Shown piece after piece: positions 1-22,845 of a stretch of DNA of 64,000 bases (the stretch's first letter is position 1; every line of letters begins with the position of its first letter). The stretch spans positions 17,856,001-17,920,000 of the forward strand of contig CM022676.1 in the NCBI GenBank assembly GCA_012295275.1. The letters are read 5' to 3'. Source of the stretch: Chrysomallon squamiferum. Taxonomy: Eukaryota; Animalia; Mollusca. The notes under the pieces were generated by a model. That model did no database searches, had not been told where the DNA came from, and saw only the letters and a program-made list of their open reading frames with translations. The position numbers and the translations under genes are program-made.

Positions 1-85
1 TAAGATCTCTAGTGAGATACCATTTATTGCTCAAACTAACTCGAGCGTGCACAGCAAAGTAAAGGCGAAATATGATTTGTAACAC
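1..85. repeat. Fragment of the same non-coding monomer at the window edge
   Basis: AAGATCTCTAGTGAG..AACTAACTCGAGCGTGCACAGCAAAGTAAAGGCGAAATATGATTTGTAA matches about 13620-13702. Confidence 0.85.
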
Positions 86-2515
86 ATTAGGGCTTCATTC
101 ATTTTTGCTTTTGAGTCAGTTTATAGCAAAACAAAATCGTTGATATACACGAATCCCTACTGAAATAAATGTGTTAGATATACGTGTTATATGTACGTGT
201 TACCTTCTTCCACTCAAGATAACTAAACACACTCGATCTTAGATGTTTTTCAGTAAAGATATTGTTACTTATCTTAACAACAAATAAGTAATTGGTATTA
301 TATGATATAAAATGTTCAGAGAAATTTTTATTTTGTAATGTGTCTAGTAAATTTAATGCATATGTTTTGATTATGTAAACAACTTCAGACATTCTCCTAA
401 ATATATCATAACAATTTAGCGACAGAAAATGCAAAAAATATGCAGTTTTAAATTACTTTTCTGTTTATGCACTTTTGTATGTTTCTTACAGTAACACATA
501 TTTTAATTTATTTGACAAACATTTACTACTAGGAATGTCTAGAACATTTATTATTATTATTATTATTATTATTTATTATTATTATTATTATTATTATTGA
601 TAGTGTAGAAACTTATCTATTTAGCACATTAATTTACTTTACTTGTTTTTATATTAAAATGGATTAGCATACAGAAACAGGGTAACCATTTGTCCCTGCT
701 TCGACCTTAAACAAGGATAACGCAAAAATCTAGTTACCAACATAGATGTCTAATAATGGCCATGAACTGGACCGTCCCACGCGTTCTGTGTGTCTTTGTC
801 TTTTTCTTTGATCCCCCGGGCCCTTTTGTCTCTTACTTAAATAAACTTAATGCGTATCAATGGCGGAGCCGAGAAAAATTCCTTTTGTCTCTCGCTAATG
901 ATAGTTAATTGTTAAAAGATTTCATTAATTGATTACTGTTAACTAACAATACATATTTGATTAATATATACTGTTAGGAATTTTTGTAGAAATGAATAGG
1001 CAACATATTCACTTACTTTAACGATGGATACAATTCAGTTATGATATCTTAGACTGTATTAAAGTAAGCTGTTTAAGTAAATAATCATTATGTTATCGAT
1101 ATTATCAAAACTGTATCTTAATGGTACAACAATATAAAATATTATAATAAGTAAAAATAGAAATGGCTACCAGCGGATTCTTCAAGTAGGTATAAAGTAA
1201 ATTGCAGTCCGTGGTTTAATAAATAAGTTAGGACTAATTTTCTAAATTAAACACCACAGAAGACAATAAATCCAAATATGGCTGAGAAATCTTTCCATAG
1301 CTTGATCGAGGCCCTATTAGCGTACAGTTAAAAACTCTACTGCGTAAGATAAAACCAGTTTACTGCCATAGTTGTATTATTTTATATTGCATTTTATGTG
1401 ATGAATAAAAATAAAATTAAAATAAAGAAATAAAGAAAGAAAACAAATACAAATAAATAAATAACAAAAAGGAATGAGTGACAAAAATAAATAATTGAAA
1501 TAAAAAATAAATAAAAATAAACGCAAATTAAAAATAAGAATTACTACCACAAGTGATGAGTATCAGTCTTAATATTTGAACAATCATTTTTATTTTTGTT
1601 TTTTGTTGTTGTTTTTTACGTTTATATTTAGGTCCTATATATATGTATATATAGTGTTTGTCATATCTGCGTTTAGGTCGCTTTGACTCATAACATGTAC
1701 AATTAAAAGCATGTCCCATATTTTCTGATTAACCATTACATTGCATTTTTCAGGATCCTAGGTATAACGTTTCTTGTCGCCAGTACTATTAGCACACTAT
1801 TTTTATCTGACCTACATAAGAGACACTCGTTAGTGATAGGTTATTCATCAATATACTTTGAGAAATAAAGATAAATATTTTACAGACAAAATAAGATAAT
1901 AACAGATATATATATAGTTAACATGCTTGAAAGACAACTTACATTATACGGGACACATGGTATGTAATAAAATATGTGCATGTATTTACTGCAAAAGGTG
2001 GCCTGACCTGTACGACATCTGATTTCAGTCACGTGTTTATGAGCAGACGACTTTGTAAACAGCGATACACAGAAGATATTTCAGTCACCTGTCAAACCGG
2101 ACGTTGTCAGTTCCAGGAAAACACTCACCAAGCAAGGACGTACTTTCTTACGAAGACGGCCATTTTGAAATTTGAAGGTATTTTGTATTTTATTGTAATT
2201 TAATATATGCCGTACTATTATTACTTTGCTTAAATCAGATAATACATATTGAACTTGAAATCTATTTTGTCAAGGCTATACATTTTTTGTGTGAATTTTC
2301 CTAAAGGACATTTTTTGTGTTTTTTTTGTTTTACACCTAACACACTAGTTTATATGATAAATATCGAAGAATATTTAATAATAATAACACAAACAACAAC
2401 ATTAATCAATAAAACAAATAATAAGAAGAAACAAAAAAATAATATTGGTATCGTCATTATAATAATTATTATTATTCTATTAGTAGTAGCAGTTGCAGTA
2501 GCAGTAGTTTTAATA

Positions 2516-2879
2516 CTATCACCTAAATGCAAGTGCCGGACCAATTACCGGAACTCCTTGGGACCTGAGGCATTCCGGATTTCTGGATCTTCCGGTTTTC
2601 TGATATCAAGAAATCTAAATTCCTAAAAAATTAGGCATAAGCATTTAAAAAAAAAGCCAACAACAAGAAATAAAGAAAATTGACGACACACAACTGTGGC
2701 GACTCGACACGTAAACACGTGAATGAACACCACACTGCTTGAAAGAGTAATTTCTGTCTCCTGACGACAAAACCCGCGCGCGCAAAAATGAAAATTGCGT
2801 CGGGGAAAAGTTCCGGTTTTCTGGTCTTTCGGTATTTCAGGACGCCGGATAATTGGTCCGGTATCTGTAGAGTTCAATG
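2516..2879. mobile_element. Probable MITE with degenerate TIRs
   Basis: CCGGACCAATTA at 2536-2547 is inverted as TAATTGGTCCGG at 2850-2861. Subterminal TTCCGGTTTTCTG repeats, plausible TA flanks, and GC-richer than its surroundings. Confidence 0.6.
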
Positions 2880-3545
2880 TATCGTTTATAGTTTATGCTA
2901 TATCTGATTACTTCGTTTTACTTTGTGTCATTTTATTTATTTATTTATTTATGTATTTATTTATTTATGTATTTATTTATTTATTTATTTATTTATTTAT
3001 AGATCCCAGATCTCTGTGATCAATAGTAGAGTTAAACAAAAATTACTCGTTTCTAAGAATTTATCGATCACAATTGATAATGATTTAATAAACAGTATTA
3101 CAGTGTGAGCTTTTTTAAACATGAGGTACGTGCCAATAGAAGATGTGATAATATTATCTCTTATAATAGTATTATTTTCTATTTACGAGTTTGTTAGTTT
3201 GTTCTGTTTATTGGAAATAGTTGGGTTGTCTATATCTTATTTCTTGAAATGATGACAAATGTAAATAATTTCATATTTTCATCGTTTATTTCTACACTTA
3301 TGGGCAGAGAGTTTGTTAACAATGAATTTGTCAGATCGTTGTAATTAACACCCGAGTATACCTTTGTGTGTCTCAGATAGCAGTGTCACTCTATTTTTAG
3401 CCGTCCTACATAAAAAACGTCATGTGTTAGCTTAACTTGATATACTCTTTATTCAAGCATTGTCAGAGAAATAAAAATCTACACGTATATTTAGTGTACT
3501 GTAAAATATATTTCTTATTATTATTGTTGTTGTTGTTCTTGTTTC

Positions 3546-3582
<37 letters not shown>

Positions 3583-3749
3583 CAGATTTTATAACTTACC
3601 TATAAACAATGCAATCTAGTAGTACTTAGTCTATTCAGTTGTTGTAATCAATTTTAAAGAAGATTTATGTAAGATGAGTATACACATATCTCGTAGCACG
3701 ATTTCTTTATTTTAATCTGACATTGAAACCTAACAACGTGACACTTGAT

Positions 3750-3979
3750 CAGTGTCGTGTGGAGGTCTGGTGAAGCCCGGGGCCAACTCCTTGATTGTAA
3801 TTCCCAAAGATTCAAGTACAAGGCCTAGTACTGAGGAATAGTATGAGAAACGAAGATATTTTGAATGTGTAAAAAAAGATGAAATATAAAATAAACACTT
3901 TATTCGATTTGAATATAAATCGCTCATATTTGATGCCAGGTGCCAGAGTCCCTTCGGCCCCCACCTCTGAACACCACTG
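3750..3979. mobile_element. 230-bp non-autonomous hAT-type element (MITE)
   Basis: Perfect 8-bp TSD CACTTGAT at 3742-3749 and 3980-3987. Imperfect 17-bp TIRs CAGTG..GAGGT / ACCTC..CACTG. The paralogous region has an empty site (single CACTTGAT at 60623-60630). Confidence 0.85.
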
Positions 3980-4002
3980 CACTTGATGACGTGTAAAATA
4001 TC

Positions 4003-4090
4003 TGACGTCACTCGCGTGTTTATCAGTGGAGGATTTTGAGAACCAAAAGTACACAAAGCAGAAATAAAACAAGTCGGCCATATTGAAAGT
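4003..4090 (+). promoter_or_regulatory. Candidate promoter block of BTB copy 1 (CRE palindrome TGACGTCA; GGCCATATT YY1-like motif)
   Basis: TGACGTCA at 4003-4010 and AACAAGTCGGCCATATT are conserved at the equivalent position upstream of copy 2. Confidence 0.45.
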
Positions 4091-5000
4091 CTATGATATT
4101 TTTATTTTATTATTATGTTAACTATTCCAGTGTTCTTAATTTATTGGTAAATATATTAGACTTTGTTCTATAACAAATATATTATTTAAGAGTGAGATTT
4201 TTTTAATTGAAATGAAAAAGGTTTACGATTATCCTGACTTTAGTATGCTATTCTTACTGTTTGTAATAGTAGTAGTAGTATTTTTAATACTAGTACTACT
4301 ACAACTACCGTTACTACCCTACTAGAGCCCTTATTATTTTGTGGACATCTTTTGCTATTTATTGTTTACGTTATTTCATTTTGTTTTATTTTATTTTTAT
4401 TTTTATTCATTTCGTCTTAGATCGGTGATAGCGGTGATCTACAGTTGAGTCGATTGACAGAAAATAGTTGCTTAAATAAATTAACCATCAGGAAGTTCGA
4501 ATTAGGAGGTATTTTCAATTGTTTTCTATTTTAAAATATCGCTTTTTTTCTTACTTATTATTTTGCTTCTTTCCTTTTTCTTACATGTTTCTTTTTAGAT
4601 CTGTCACTCACGGATAATTTTGCTGACTTTTCGAGAAGTAGATTGTTATAAATGAGCACAAATACATTGCGATATGAAAATCGTTTCTCCCACAGTCAAA
4701 TATTTCTTTCCTGAATGAGCACATACCTTTATTTATAATAAAAATGATAATAATAATAATAATTCTTTCTTTGTTCGTCTTCATCATAATAATCATTATC
4801 ATAACCACAAGGTGTTTCTTTTTTATCCTTTATCTATGTGATGTTTTTCTTTCTTTCCTTATCTTTTATTTATTATTTATTTACTTATTTGTCTTGCTTT
4901 GATTATCTTTTTTTATGTAAAAAAAAATGTTTGTTTCGATATTGGAATAAGTCATTTGTACACGGAAATATTTTTTAATTATATTTAGAATGAGCTTCTC

Positions 5001-5062
<62 letters not shown>

Positions 5063-5247
5063 AGTTATATTTTATTTTATTGATATTTATTTGATTTTTT
5101 TTTTATTACTAACTTTTTTTATTATTATTATATAATTAATTAATTAAATTATTTTAATTCAATTTGACGTTTTATTTTTTTTTTTCTGTATGAATTATTG
5201 CAGTTTTATATGAGAACAGTTTCTTTTTCCCTTTCTCTCATTACACC

Positions 5248-5323
<76 letters not shown>

Positions 5324-5401
5324 AATTATTATAATTGTTATTGTTATGATTATTATTGTTGTTGTTATTGTTATCATTTATAATTATTATAATAATAATT
5401 A

Positions 5402-5450
<49 letters not shown>

Positions 5451-5466
5451 CCTCTGTAGTTAAAAC

Positions 5467-6996
5467 ATGGCCACCGCGGATGGAAACTCAAGTTGGCAGA
5501 CAGGGAAGAATCTGATGCAATGCCTTGAACACGTTTTCCTTACAAGAACTCAAACAGACGTCAGATTTTTAGTTGGGGAACAAAAGAAGGCTGTCCACGC
5601 TCACCGTTTCATACTCATTATTCGAAGCGAAGTATTTGATCGCATGTTCACCGGAGAACTTCCCGAAGACACAAATATCGAAATACCGGATGTGGAGGAA
5701 CATATGTTCTCAAATTTTTTAAAGTATGTTAAAACACACACACAGAAACACACACAGATACAAACAGACACACACACATACACACACAGACAGAGATGAA
5801 AACGCACGTAAGAACACAGTGAGGAAGAGAGACATACATACAAACAGATACCTTAGTAACAATACAGTTTTTGTTAGTAATGTAATTATTTTCTAATTAA
5901 TTAACCTGACATAGATATCTGAAATGTTAGTCTTACTCTACTTCTTTTACACAGATATCTTTACACGGATGACGTCGTCCTAACAGGCGACAACGTCACC
6001 GGTCTGTTGTATCTATCGAGGAAGTACATCGTCACAACACTGGAAGATCAGTGCGTGAAATATTTGGAGTCGTCGTTGTCGTCACGGAATGCGTGCGTCG
6101 TGCTGGAACAAGCTCACCTGTTTCATGAACTTGATCTAAGGAGAAAAAGTCTGGACTTCATTTTGAAAAATGGCGACGAAGTTTTGAAGTCGGATGAAGT
6201 CACCGAACTTTGTCACGAATGTCTGGATGAGATCGTACGATCAGACGAACTGAGAGCAGACGAGAAAAATGTTTTTGAAGCCGCTGTGAAGTGGGCTGAC
6301 AGCGCGTGCAGGAAACAAGGGAAGACGACGAGTGAAAAAAACATGCGCGAAGCACTGGGAGAGGTCGTGAAGCACGTGCGTTATCCATTACTCGATCAGA
6401 CGTATTTTGTAGAACACGTGACACCCACTCACATACTCACTGAGACAGAAGAAAACAAGATTTTGAAACACTTGGAGAGCAGTGATGAAGATGTTTCACC
6501 TTTTAACTCAAACAAGAGAACTGCAGAGATTACAATAAACAGGTTTGGTTTCCCATGTCTTCTTCAGTGGTCATATTCTGGTGAAAAAGATGACGCCATT
6601 ACTTTCTCTGTCAACAAAAACGCTTTTCTTCTCGGATTTCAGTTGTACGGTCACCGTCAACCACACAACTACGACGTCAGCGCCTTCGTCACTGACACAA
6701 GAACAGACGAAATACTGGACGGGTCTAAACTGATACACAGATATAAACACGTGTCTGACGTGTATGACGTCGTGTTCAGTCGTCCAGTGAAGATTACTAA
6801 AGACACTAAGTACAGCTTGTTTGTTACTGTTAAGGGAAGAGAATACACATGGGGTGGAGCTGAAGGTAAATCAGAAATTGTTGTAGACTCTTTTGTTTGT
6901 AGATTTTCTGAGTCACACAAATCTAAACACTGTGACAGACAACTTCGTACAGGTGTGACAGAAGGACAGATACCTGCTTTGTTATTTTTAGTGTAA
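5467..6996 (+). CDS. BTB/POZ-BACK-PHR protein (BTBD2/3/6-like Cullin-3 adaptor), copy 1; exons 5467-5723 and 5955-6996, about 432 aa
   Basis: Exon 1 has BTB motifs (DVRFLVG..HAHRFILIIRSEVFDRMF..IEIPDVE..F). A phase-2 intron AA|gtatgt..acacag|A joins in frame to YLYTDDV..KYIVTTLEDQC, then a BACK domain (EKNVFEAAVKWA..HVRYPLL) and a PHR domain (INRF..DAITFSVNK..GFQLYG..GQIPALLF). An acceptor tgtag just before the ATG suggests a 5'UTR intron. Confidence 0.93.
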
Positions 6997-7489
6997 AAAA
7001 CAACATCGTTCAAACACTGTCACTTTTAGTCATCACTGGGCTCATATTTTTATTTATTTATTTATTTATTTATTTAGTTTGATTATTTATTTATTTATTT
7101 ATGTTTGTTTACGTTTTGTATTTCTGATGACGTCAGACAGCAGTGATGACGTCATACACACTTGATTTGAATTTTTTGATTTCTAATGAACTGATTTCTG
7201 TCTAACACGTGCATGATGTATATAAACATCTCATTTCTTATTTATTATGTTACTGTTATTATTTATTTATTTACTTATTTATTTATGCATTTTTCTTTTT
7301 GGTTTATTTTATTTTTATTTTGTTTTTTGTATATGAAATATAATATGTAGATACATTATGTATGTATTTCCTGGTTGTTAGACATGAAAATAAGAACTGT
7401 TATTTCATTTATTTATCCATTTTCTTTTACTAAGACTAGCAACTCTTTGTTTATTTTTTTATAGATGAGATATAAATAAACGAAAAGCA

Positions 7490-7806
7490 GATAAATAAAT
7501 TTGTATTTTTTTATTATGAATTATTTTTGTATTTAATTTGTGTTTATATTTGTAAACAGGTGAATTACAAAGATATAGAAATAAATGTGTCAGGTATTAT
7601 TATTTACTTTTTGTTATTTATGTATTTATTTGTTTCTATTCTGTTCAGAGTGAGAAATATAATTTGTGTGTGTACGTATGCAACCAAAAAAACATGCATA
7701 CATATATACGTACACACATGTATATTAGCTTGCCCTTGATTTCACTACCATTGATAATAAGTTAACTTTAAAAAATAAACAAATAATCTGTTTTAAATTA
7801 TTTCAT

Positions 7807-7874
<68 letters not shown>

Positions 7875-8206
7875 GTGCACTCGGCAAAAAAGAACCTTGG
7901 ACTAACCGAGATTTGTTTATAAACTAGTGTAGCAGGAAATCACAAACCCTGTAAATCACAAACCCTGTAAATCACAAACCCCTCCTAATATACCACACAT
8001 ATAGCAGTAGTGATTGTGTCTGTAACTGCATCTCACTATAAACATTCCTTCTATTTGTGGTTTTGATATGAATAACAAATATTTCCACATTAGAAATGGG
8101 TCAAACTGTTGGGGTTTTTTGCCCAAAATTATTTATGTTTCTGTTTAACAACAGTTTCAATTACAGTATGTCTGTTAAATTGCAGCAAAAAATATTTCAT
8201 CCTGCC
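7490..8206 (+). repeat. Segment duplicated in inverted orientation at 50795-51545, containing about 17-bp tandem units AAATCACAAACCCTGT
   Basis: GCACTCGGCAAAAAAGAACCTTGGACTAACCGAGATTTG (7877 onward) is the reverse complement of about 51120-51157; homology extends on both sides. Confidence 0.88.
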
Positions 8207-8695
8207 GCAACCTTAAAAGTTCAGGTTTTTCTGACTTTCTTTTTAGTTGCAGCTACAAAAACCTCTAGTCCCGTACTTGAGATACACAACTGAAAAATAA
8301 AAAGAGCCAAAGTCTGATTTGAGATTATTTATTGACCAGCTTCCTTCATAAACAATAATTAATTAAAGTACTGATAAAACCTGCTGTAGTAGTCTGAAAA
8401 TGTTTGTATATAAACATTTCCCTTCTGACTGAGATTTAACTGTCTATGCCAGTGGTGTGCCAGAAGATAGGAGTAACAGGGATGCTATGCACTGTGCTAT
8501 TCCACTGGGTGGGGGGCATTTCCTAGCAAATTACAAACCCTGGCGTGACTAATCCGGATGCTGTCTACTTCGGATACTGAATGTAAATTCCAGAACGAAA
8601 GACAAATAATTGATATAGTGATTAGCATTGTCAGTAACTACACATAATTTTTCACTGCAATTTAAACGTAATTAGGTATCCGTTTTGTCTCTGTT

Positions 8696-8730
<35 letters not shown>

Positions 8731-8752
8731 GTTATATATATATATATATATA

Positions 8753-10215
8753 CTCTAACAAAAAAGAAACGCAAAAGTAGATTTTATTGACATTGGGAAT
8801 ATCTATGTAATGGATCAACAAAAAGGAGATGAATATTCACATTTTACACACACTTTCGCAATTCATTAATATTGATGGTATTACGTTGAAAAGGTTAAAG
8901 TTCTAGGATATAACAGTGTAATGTCAATTGCTCGTGTGCCCACCATGGGAGTCCAGAACTGCCTGACATCTTCTTCCCATGGCAGTAATACCATTACGAG
9001 TTACACCTTGTGGAATGGTGGCCCTCTCTGTCTGTAGTAATAACGCCAACTGAGTACGATTATGTGGCTGTGGTTGATGCTGCCTCAGTCGTCTATCAAA
9101 ATCGTCCCACAAATGTTTTAAAGGGTTCAAGTCCGGAGATTTAGAGGGCCAGGGCAGGACCTGAATGTTATAGTTGTGCAGGTAAGCTGTTGTGAGTCTG
9201 GCTGTATGTGGTCTCGCATTGTCGTGCTGGAATACAGCGTTACCATTATTCATAACTGGAGCGATATATGGCTGGAACATTTCATCTCGGTATCTGTGAG
9301 CCGTTAAGTTGCCTTGGAAGTAAACCAGGTTGGTCCTGCCAGTGTATGAGATTGCTGCCCACACCATCACACTACCACCGCCAAATCTGTCAGCTTCCGC
9401 TATGCAGTTTACAACAAAACGTTCACCACGACGTCTGTAAACTCGACATCTTCCATCAGCTGAACGAAGCAGAAATTGAGCCTCGTCACTAAACCAGACA
9501 GATTGACACCATTGACTTCGTAGTCGATGACGTTCTTGAGTCAAAACCACTCTTCTTACAGGCCGTCTGGATCGAATACCTGCCTTGCGTAAACAATTGC
9601 GCACTGTCTGAGCCGATATTCTACACATACCTGGTATTGCTGAAGCATTAGAGGTTGCCATGGTATTTCATTTCCGTAGATGAAGTACCCGTATGTAGCG
9701 GTCCTGGGCCCTGGTGGTTGCACGTGGTCTACCTGATCTGGGACGGTCACGTTTTGTTTGGTGTCGATGGAACCTATACTATAATCTCAAGATGGTGCCT
9801 GGGGATACATGGAACACCCGGGCTACGGCCGAGAAGGATTCGCCAGCTTGTAAACGGCCGATGGCGTTGTTTCGTTGCGGTTCACTCAGTCGTGGCATTT
9901 GTTTGATGTTGGGTGAGAACAAAAGTAATGACTAGAAGTTTTCGAAAACCTTGCATGTTTATAACCCTCGTATTCAACTTTCATGTGCCACACGTGCACC
10001 TGCACTGGTAACGTGGTTTGCATTCGGGGACGTTTTGGCTCATAAACACGATCATAGCCTTTATTTTGTGTTACCTGCTTTTTGGCGACTTTAAACAAAA
10101 GCTATACGTTTGAATAACCAAATGTCATTTATATTCATAGTTTGTACATCGATATGTGTCAATTTACAATAGGTATCTAAGAAATCATCAATTTTGCGTT
10201 TCTTTTTTGGGAGAG
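8753..10215 (-). mobile_element. Full-length Tc1/mariner DNA transposon (about 1.46 kb), inactive
   Basis: TIRs CTCT(aa/cc)CAAAAAAGAAACGCAAAA at both ends, flanked by TA (8751-8752 and 10216-10217). Contains a transposase relic. Confidence 0.92.
8924..9898 (-). pseudogene. Tc1-like transposase pseudogene
   Basis: One frame from ATG at 9898 (MPRLSEPQRNNAIGRLQAG..RPRSGRPR) carries two premature stops before 9661. Motifs VWFSDE, VMVWAAIS, FQHDNARPH and WPSKSPDLNPLK follow; the catalytic Glu of NPIE is replaced by Lys. Confidence 0.9.
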
Positions 10216-10254
<39 letters not shown>

Positions 10255-10331
10255 GTATGTATGTATGTATGTATGTATGTATGTATGTATGTATGTATGT
10301 ATGTATGTATGTATGTATGTATGTATGTATG

Positions 10332-10365
<34 letters not shown>

Positions 10366-10689
10366 TGTATGTATATATGTATATATACCTGTCTGAGCCG
10401 ATATTCTACATATATATATATATATAAACATACACAGACAGGTATCTACCCGTCACGTCTGTTTTCCACAGTCAGAGCAGTATTTGCTCTTTCTTAAACA
10501 TATCTATACACACACACACACACACGCGCACACACACACACACACATATACACACATATACACATACACACAATTATACATACACACATACACATAAACA
10601 TACACACACATACACACATATACACACACACATTCAAAAAAAAAAAAAAAAAGAAAAGAAAACAAAAAAGTGGTCCGCGGGACCCCTGA

Positions 10690-18960
<8,271 letters not shown>

Positions 18961-20138
18961 ACATAAACATTTTATAATCGTAACCACTCAACTAGTAAGG
19001 CACCAAATAATCCACCAAATAAAGATAAAATAAAGAGGAAGATACAGAACACACACACACACACACACAACACGCACACATATACATACATACACACATA
19101 CATACATACATACACACATACATACATATATACATACATACACACAAAATTATCTTTTTCAGAAACAGCAGACAATTTTTCAAGTACGTCACTTCATAAA
19201 CAATGACGTCAATATGCACCGTAAACAGGCTACCGCGCGCTCAAGATGAAATTATCTCAATTTTTTAATTCTTAATAAACAATGATGTCACGCTTCTTGT
19301 AATCACTATGCGCAGCTAAATGAACAAGATTATTATTAGTGTGTTAGTACGTAAGTGAATTAACTCACTCAGAATTATGCTTAAATACATGCGGTGCGCA
19401 TTTTGTTTTGTTTTATTGAATTCATCGTAATGTCAGAGTGGCCTAAAATAAATCGGCAACGTATCAAACTTTTTAAAGCCTAGCTATTGTCACAGACATC
19501 AAATTAAACATCTACATGTGTAATTCGTTGTCCTGTTTCTAATGTAACAGGGTTTTTAAAAAAATACTGTATAGAGACTATGCTCGTGTAATTATGCCAC
19601 TTATGAAAATCTCAATTACTTTAATTTGTTTACAAGTTTAGAAGAACTGTGTTTATTGTCAACTGTAATCTGAACAGTAAAACAAAGAATTTGACTCAAA
19701 TAACGGCAGTCCGCTGACTGACCGTAGAACTTTTATGACGAGATCATTTGACAAAATGGAGCCACAAAGTAACTATACGTTCAACTTCCAACTGATCTAT
19801 TTCAAATAACAAATAAATAAATAAATAAATAAGTAAATAAATAAATAATTTAATAATTAAATAGATAGATAAATAAATAAATAAAGAAGGCGACTTACAC
19901 TTTGCCGTGGGTTAATAGTAAGGCGAACTTGATACACAAACGCGATTTTTTTCGCTCATGTCCACCTCTGGCTTGATCCATGGCAGTGCCGTTTAAAATA
20001 TGAAGAGAGGAAAGTAGTCTCACTTTTTAAAACCAAACTAGCATCACTGACATTTGTACGGAAGTAATTTTTCGTTAGAGGGAAACGAGCGACAAATGAA
20101 AAAGAACAGTGGATTGATGATATACACAATGACCCATT

Positions 20139-20920
20139 AAATCAGTGTTCAGTAACTGAAATCACCACAGACTGCTCAAGAGTCTACCAAAATTTACAAA
20201 TAGATTAGTAACAAACAAACTGTAGATCTGTTTTACTGGGATTTTTAAATACATTTACGACAAAGAATGAAAACACCATAGCATGCAAGAACTTTCTACA
20301 TAGACTTCTCGTTCAGTCTTACCACGTCTAACCAGCATCTTGAATAGACAGTAGTACGGATACTAAATCTGCATTACTGACATTTGTACGAAAGCAATAT
20401 TTACATTAGTCACACATATATACGCACAGAAACAAACACACACACACACACACACATATATATACATACATACATAAACACAGGTCTAAATGTCTTTCTT
20501 AACCACTCATATATATATATATATATAAACAAACACACACAGATATACTCAGACATACACACACACACAGATATATATATACACAGACACATGCAAATAC
20601 ACATAGACAAACTCAAACATTGATGTAGATATGTTTAAGAAAGAGAGATGTATGTGTCCTAGAGAAAATGTGTATTTTGATGTGAGTAAATCAGTTTTGA
20701 GTAACTGAAAAGACCATAGACTGCTCAAGAGTGTATCAAAATTTACAAATAGATTAGTAACAAACAAACTGTAGATCTGTTTTACTGGGATTTTTAAATA
20801 CATTTACGAAAACGAGTGAACACACCATGGTATGCAAGAACTTTCTAAATAGACTTCTAGTTAATCTTACCACGTCTAACCAACATCTTGAATAGACAGT
20901 AGTACGGATACTGAATCTGC
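20139..20920. repeat. Local direct duplication of about 230 bp (20139-20371 and 20688-20920)
   Basis: AAATTTACAAATAGATTAGTAACAAACAAACTGTAGATCTGTTTTACTGGG occurs twice, about 550 bp apart, separated by CA/TA microsatellite. Confidence 0.9.
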
Positions 20921-22026
20921 CTCATCTTCTGGATTTTTAAGTAGAGTTAAGTCTAATTATATCCACAAAAATGTTTACAAGTTATACACGGACTGAGTGC
21001 AGTAATGCTTGAACTGAGAATTGCTTTAACCAAAGGTGAATGGTATTATTTTGAGGTGAATGATGAAGTTGTACTTCTTTTATACTTAAAAAGAGTTTAT
21101 ATATATATATATATATATATAAAGCACTACTCAGTTTAATAAGCAAAACGTTAAAATGGTGCAATCATTACTACACTCAATCTGTACATAACTTGTTTAC
21201 GTTCTTGTAGACATAATTATCTGTGTGTGTACATACAGTCGAGTGTGAATTAAATATTATAAAGAAATTAAGGTGAATGATACTGAGATAATCTGATCCT
21301 TCATTTAATAATGCAAATAAATAGACTTATATAATAATGTTAACAAAGCTAAGCTATTTCATTTGTTTTATTATAGTTTTTATCAAAGTTAAGTATTCAT
21401 TTATTCTAATGTAATGTAAACAAAGTCAAGATGACCTATGTTTATTCATTGTGAGTAGCTGTTTTACTCAATGTTACTAGAATGAACTCAAGTGTCAGTG
21501 TAACTACTCGAGTGTGCTTTATAATAAACTAAGCGAGTACAGTTATCTCTCTTTGTACTCGCACACAATTAAGACTAGGATCAAACAGTTAAAGGATAAC
21601 ATGTAAACTATTGCAGGACAAACAAGTAAAAGAAGAACACTTTGTTATGTAGAGTGAGGTTATTTGTTTAATCAAATTGACTGAATGTTATTATTATTAT
21701 TTAATTATTTATTTATTTTTTATTTTTTGTTTTTTTATTTTGGAAGGAAGATAAACTAATAACAGAGAAAGTCAAAAACGAAATTAAAGAATAAATAAAA
21801 TTAATTGATAGTGTTTTTATTTTAGGCTATTTTTATTAAACCAAGTCAAAAAGAGAATCCGAGAAGGAATTCATTAATAATGTACATTTAGATGAACGAA
21901 TAATCATATGAATAATTAATAAATGAATGTGTGAATAAATAATAACCAAAATGAATATGAAGAAATTAATATGTATTTTAGTGAATTTTGAATAAATAAA
22001 CTAAATATATTTTATCTTATATACAA

Positions 22027-22163
<137 letters not shown>

Positions 22164-22735
22164 GATGTATGTCACATAGCTTCACCTGTTACTTTTTCTT
22201 GTGACACGTCTACAAGATATTTTTGAGAAAAGTGTTTTTTTAAATAATAATATGTTTCAGTCGCCTTCTGGTTTACAAAAAAAAACCAATAATGATATAA
22301 TATCTGTGTTTGCAAAAGGTAGAAATAGTACTTGTAGTTGTCCTATAATAATAATAATAATAGTAGTAGTCATAGTATTATAGTAGTAGCAGAAAATTTG
22401 GTATTACTTGCAGAAGTGTAGCAGATGTAGTTTTAATGGTAATAGTAATTGTAATTGTAATAGTAGTAATAATAGCAGTATAATAGTTGTAGTGAAATTG
22501 TAATAGTACAAGTAAAACAATGGTAGTAATATTAGTAGTCGAAAAAATGTTAGTAATATTATTACTACTACTACAGAAGTAGTAGAAGTATTATTAATAG
22601 TTATGGTAGTAGTAGTAATATTGCGGTTTTTCTAATAAAATTAGTAGTTTAGTAGGTGTAATGTTAGTATCATTATTTCTAGTAGTTGTAGGATATTATG
22701 AGTAACATTATTGGCAACTGAAATAGCTTACAATA

Positions 22736-22808
<73 letters not shown>

Positions 22809-22845
22809 GCTGGTGTTGTTGGTCATGACGGTGACAGTATCACAG

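Noticed and set aside
5249-5450. Head-to-head (AAT)n/(ATT)n palindromes (also about 13190-13265 and 17557-17657)
   Set aside because: Common microsatellite behaviour in this AT-rich sequence; they enclose no feature.
6200-7013. Antisense and alternative-frame ORFs over both BTB genes (also 62989-63835)
   Set aside because: Shadows of the real CDS; their conservation follows from the gene duplication.
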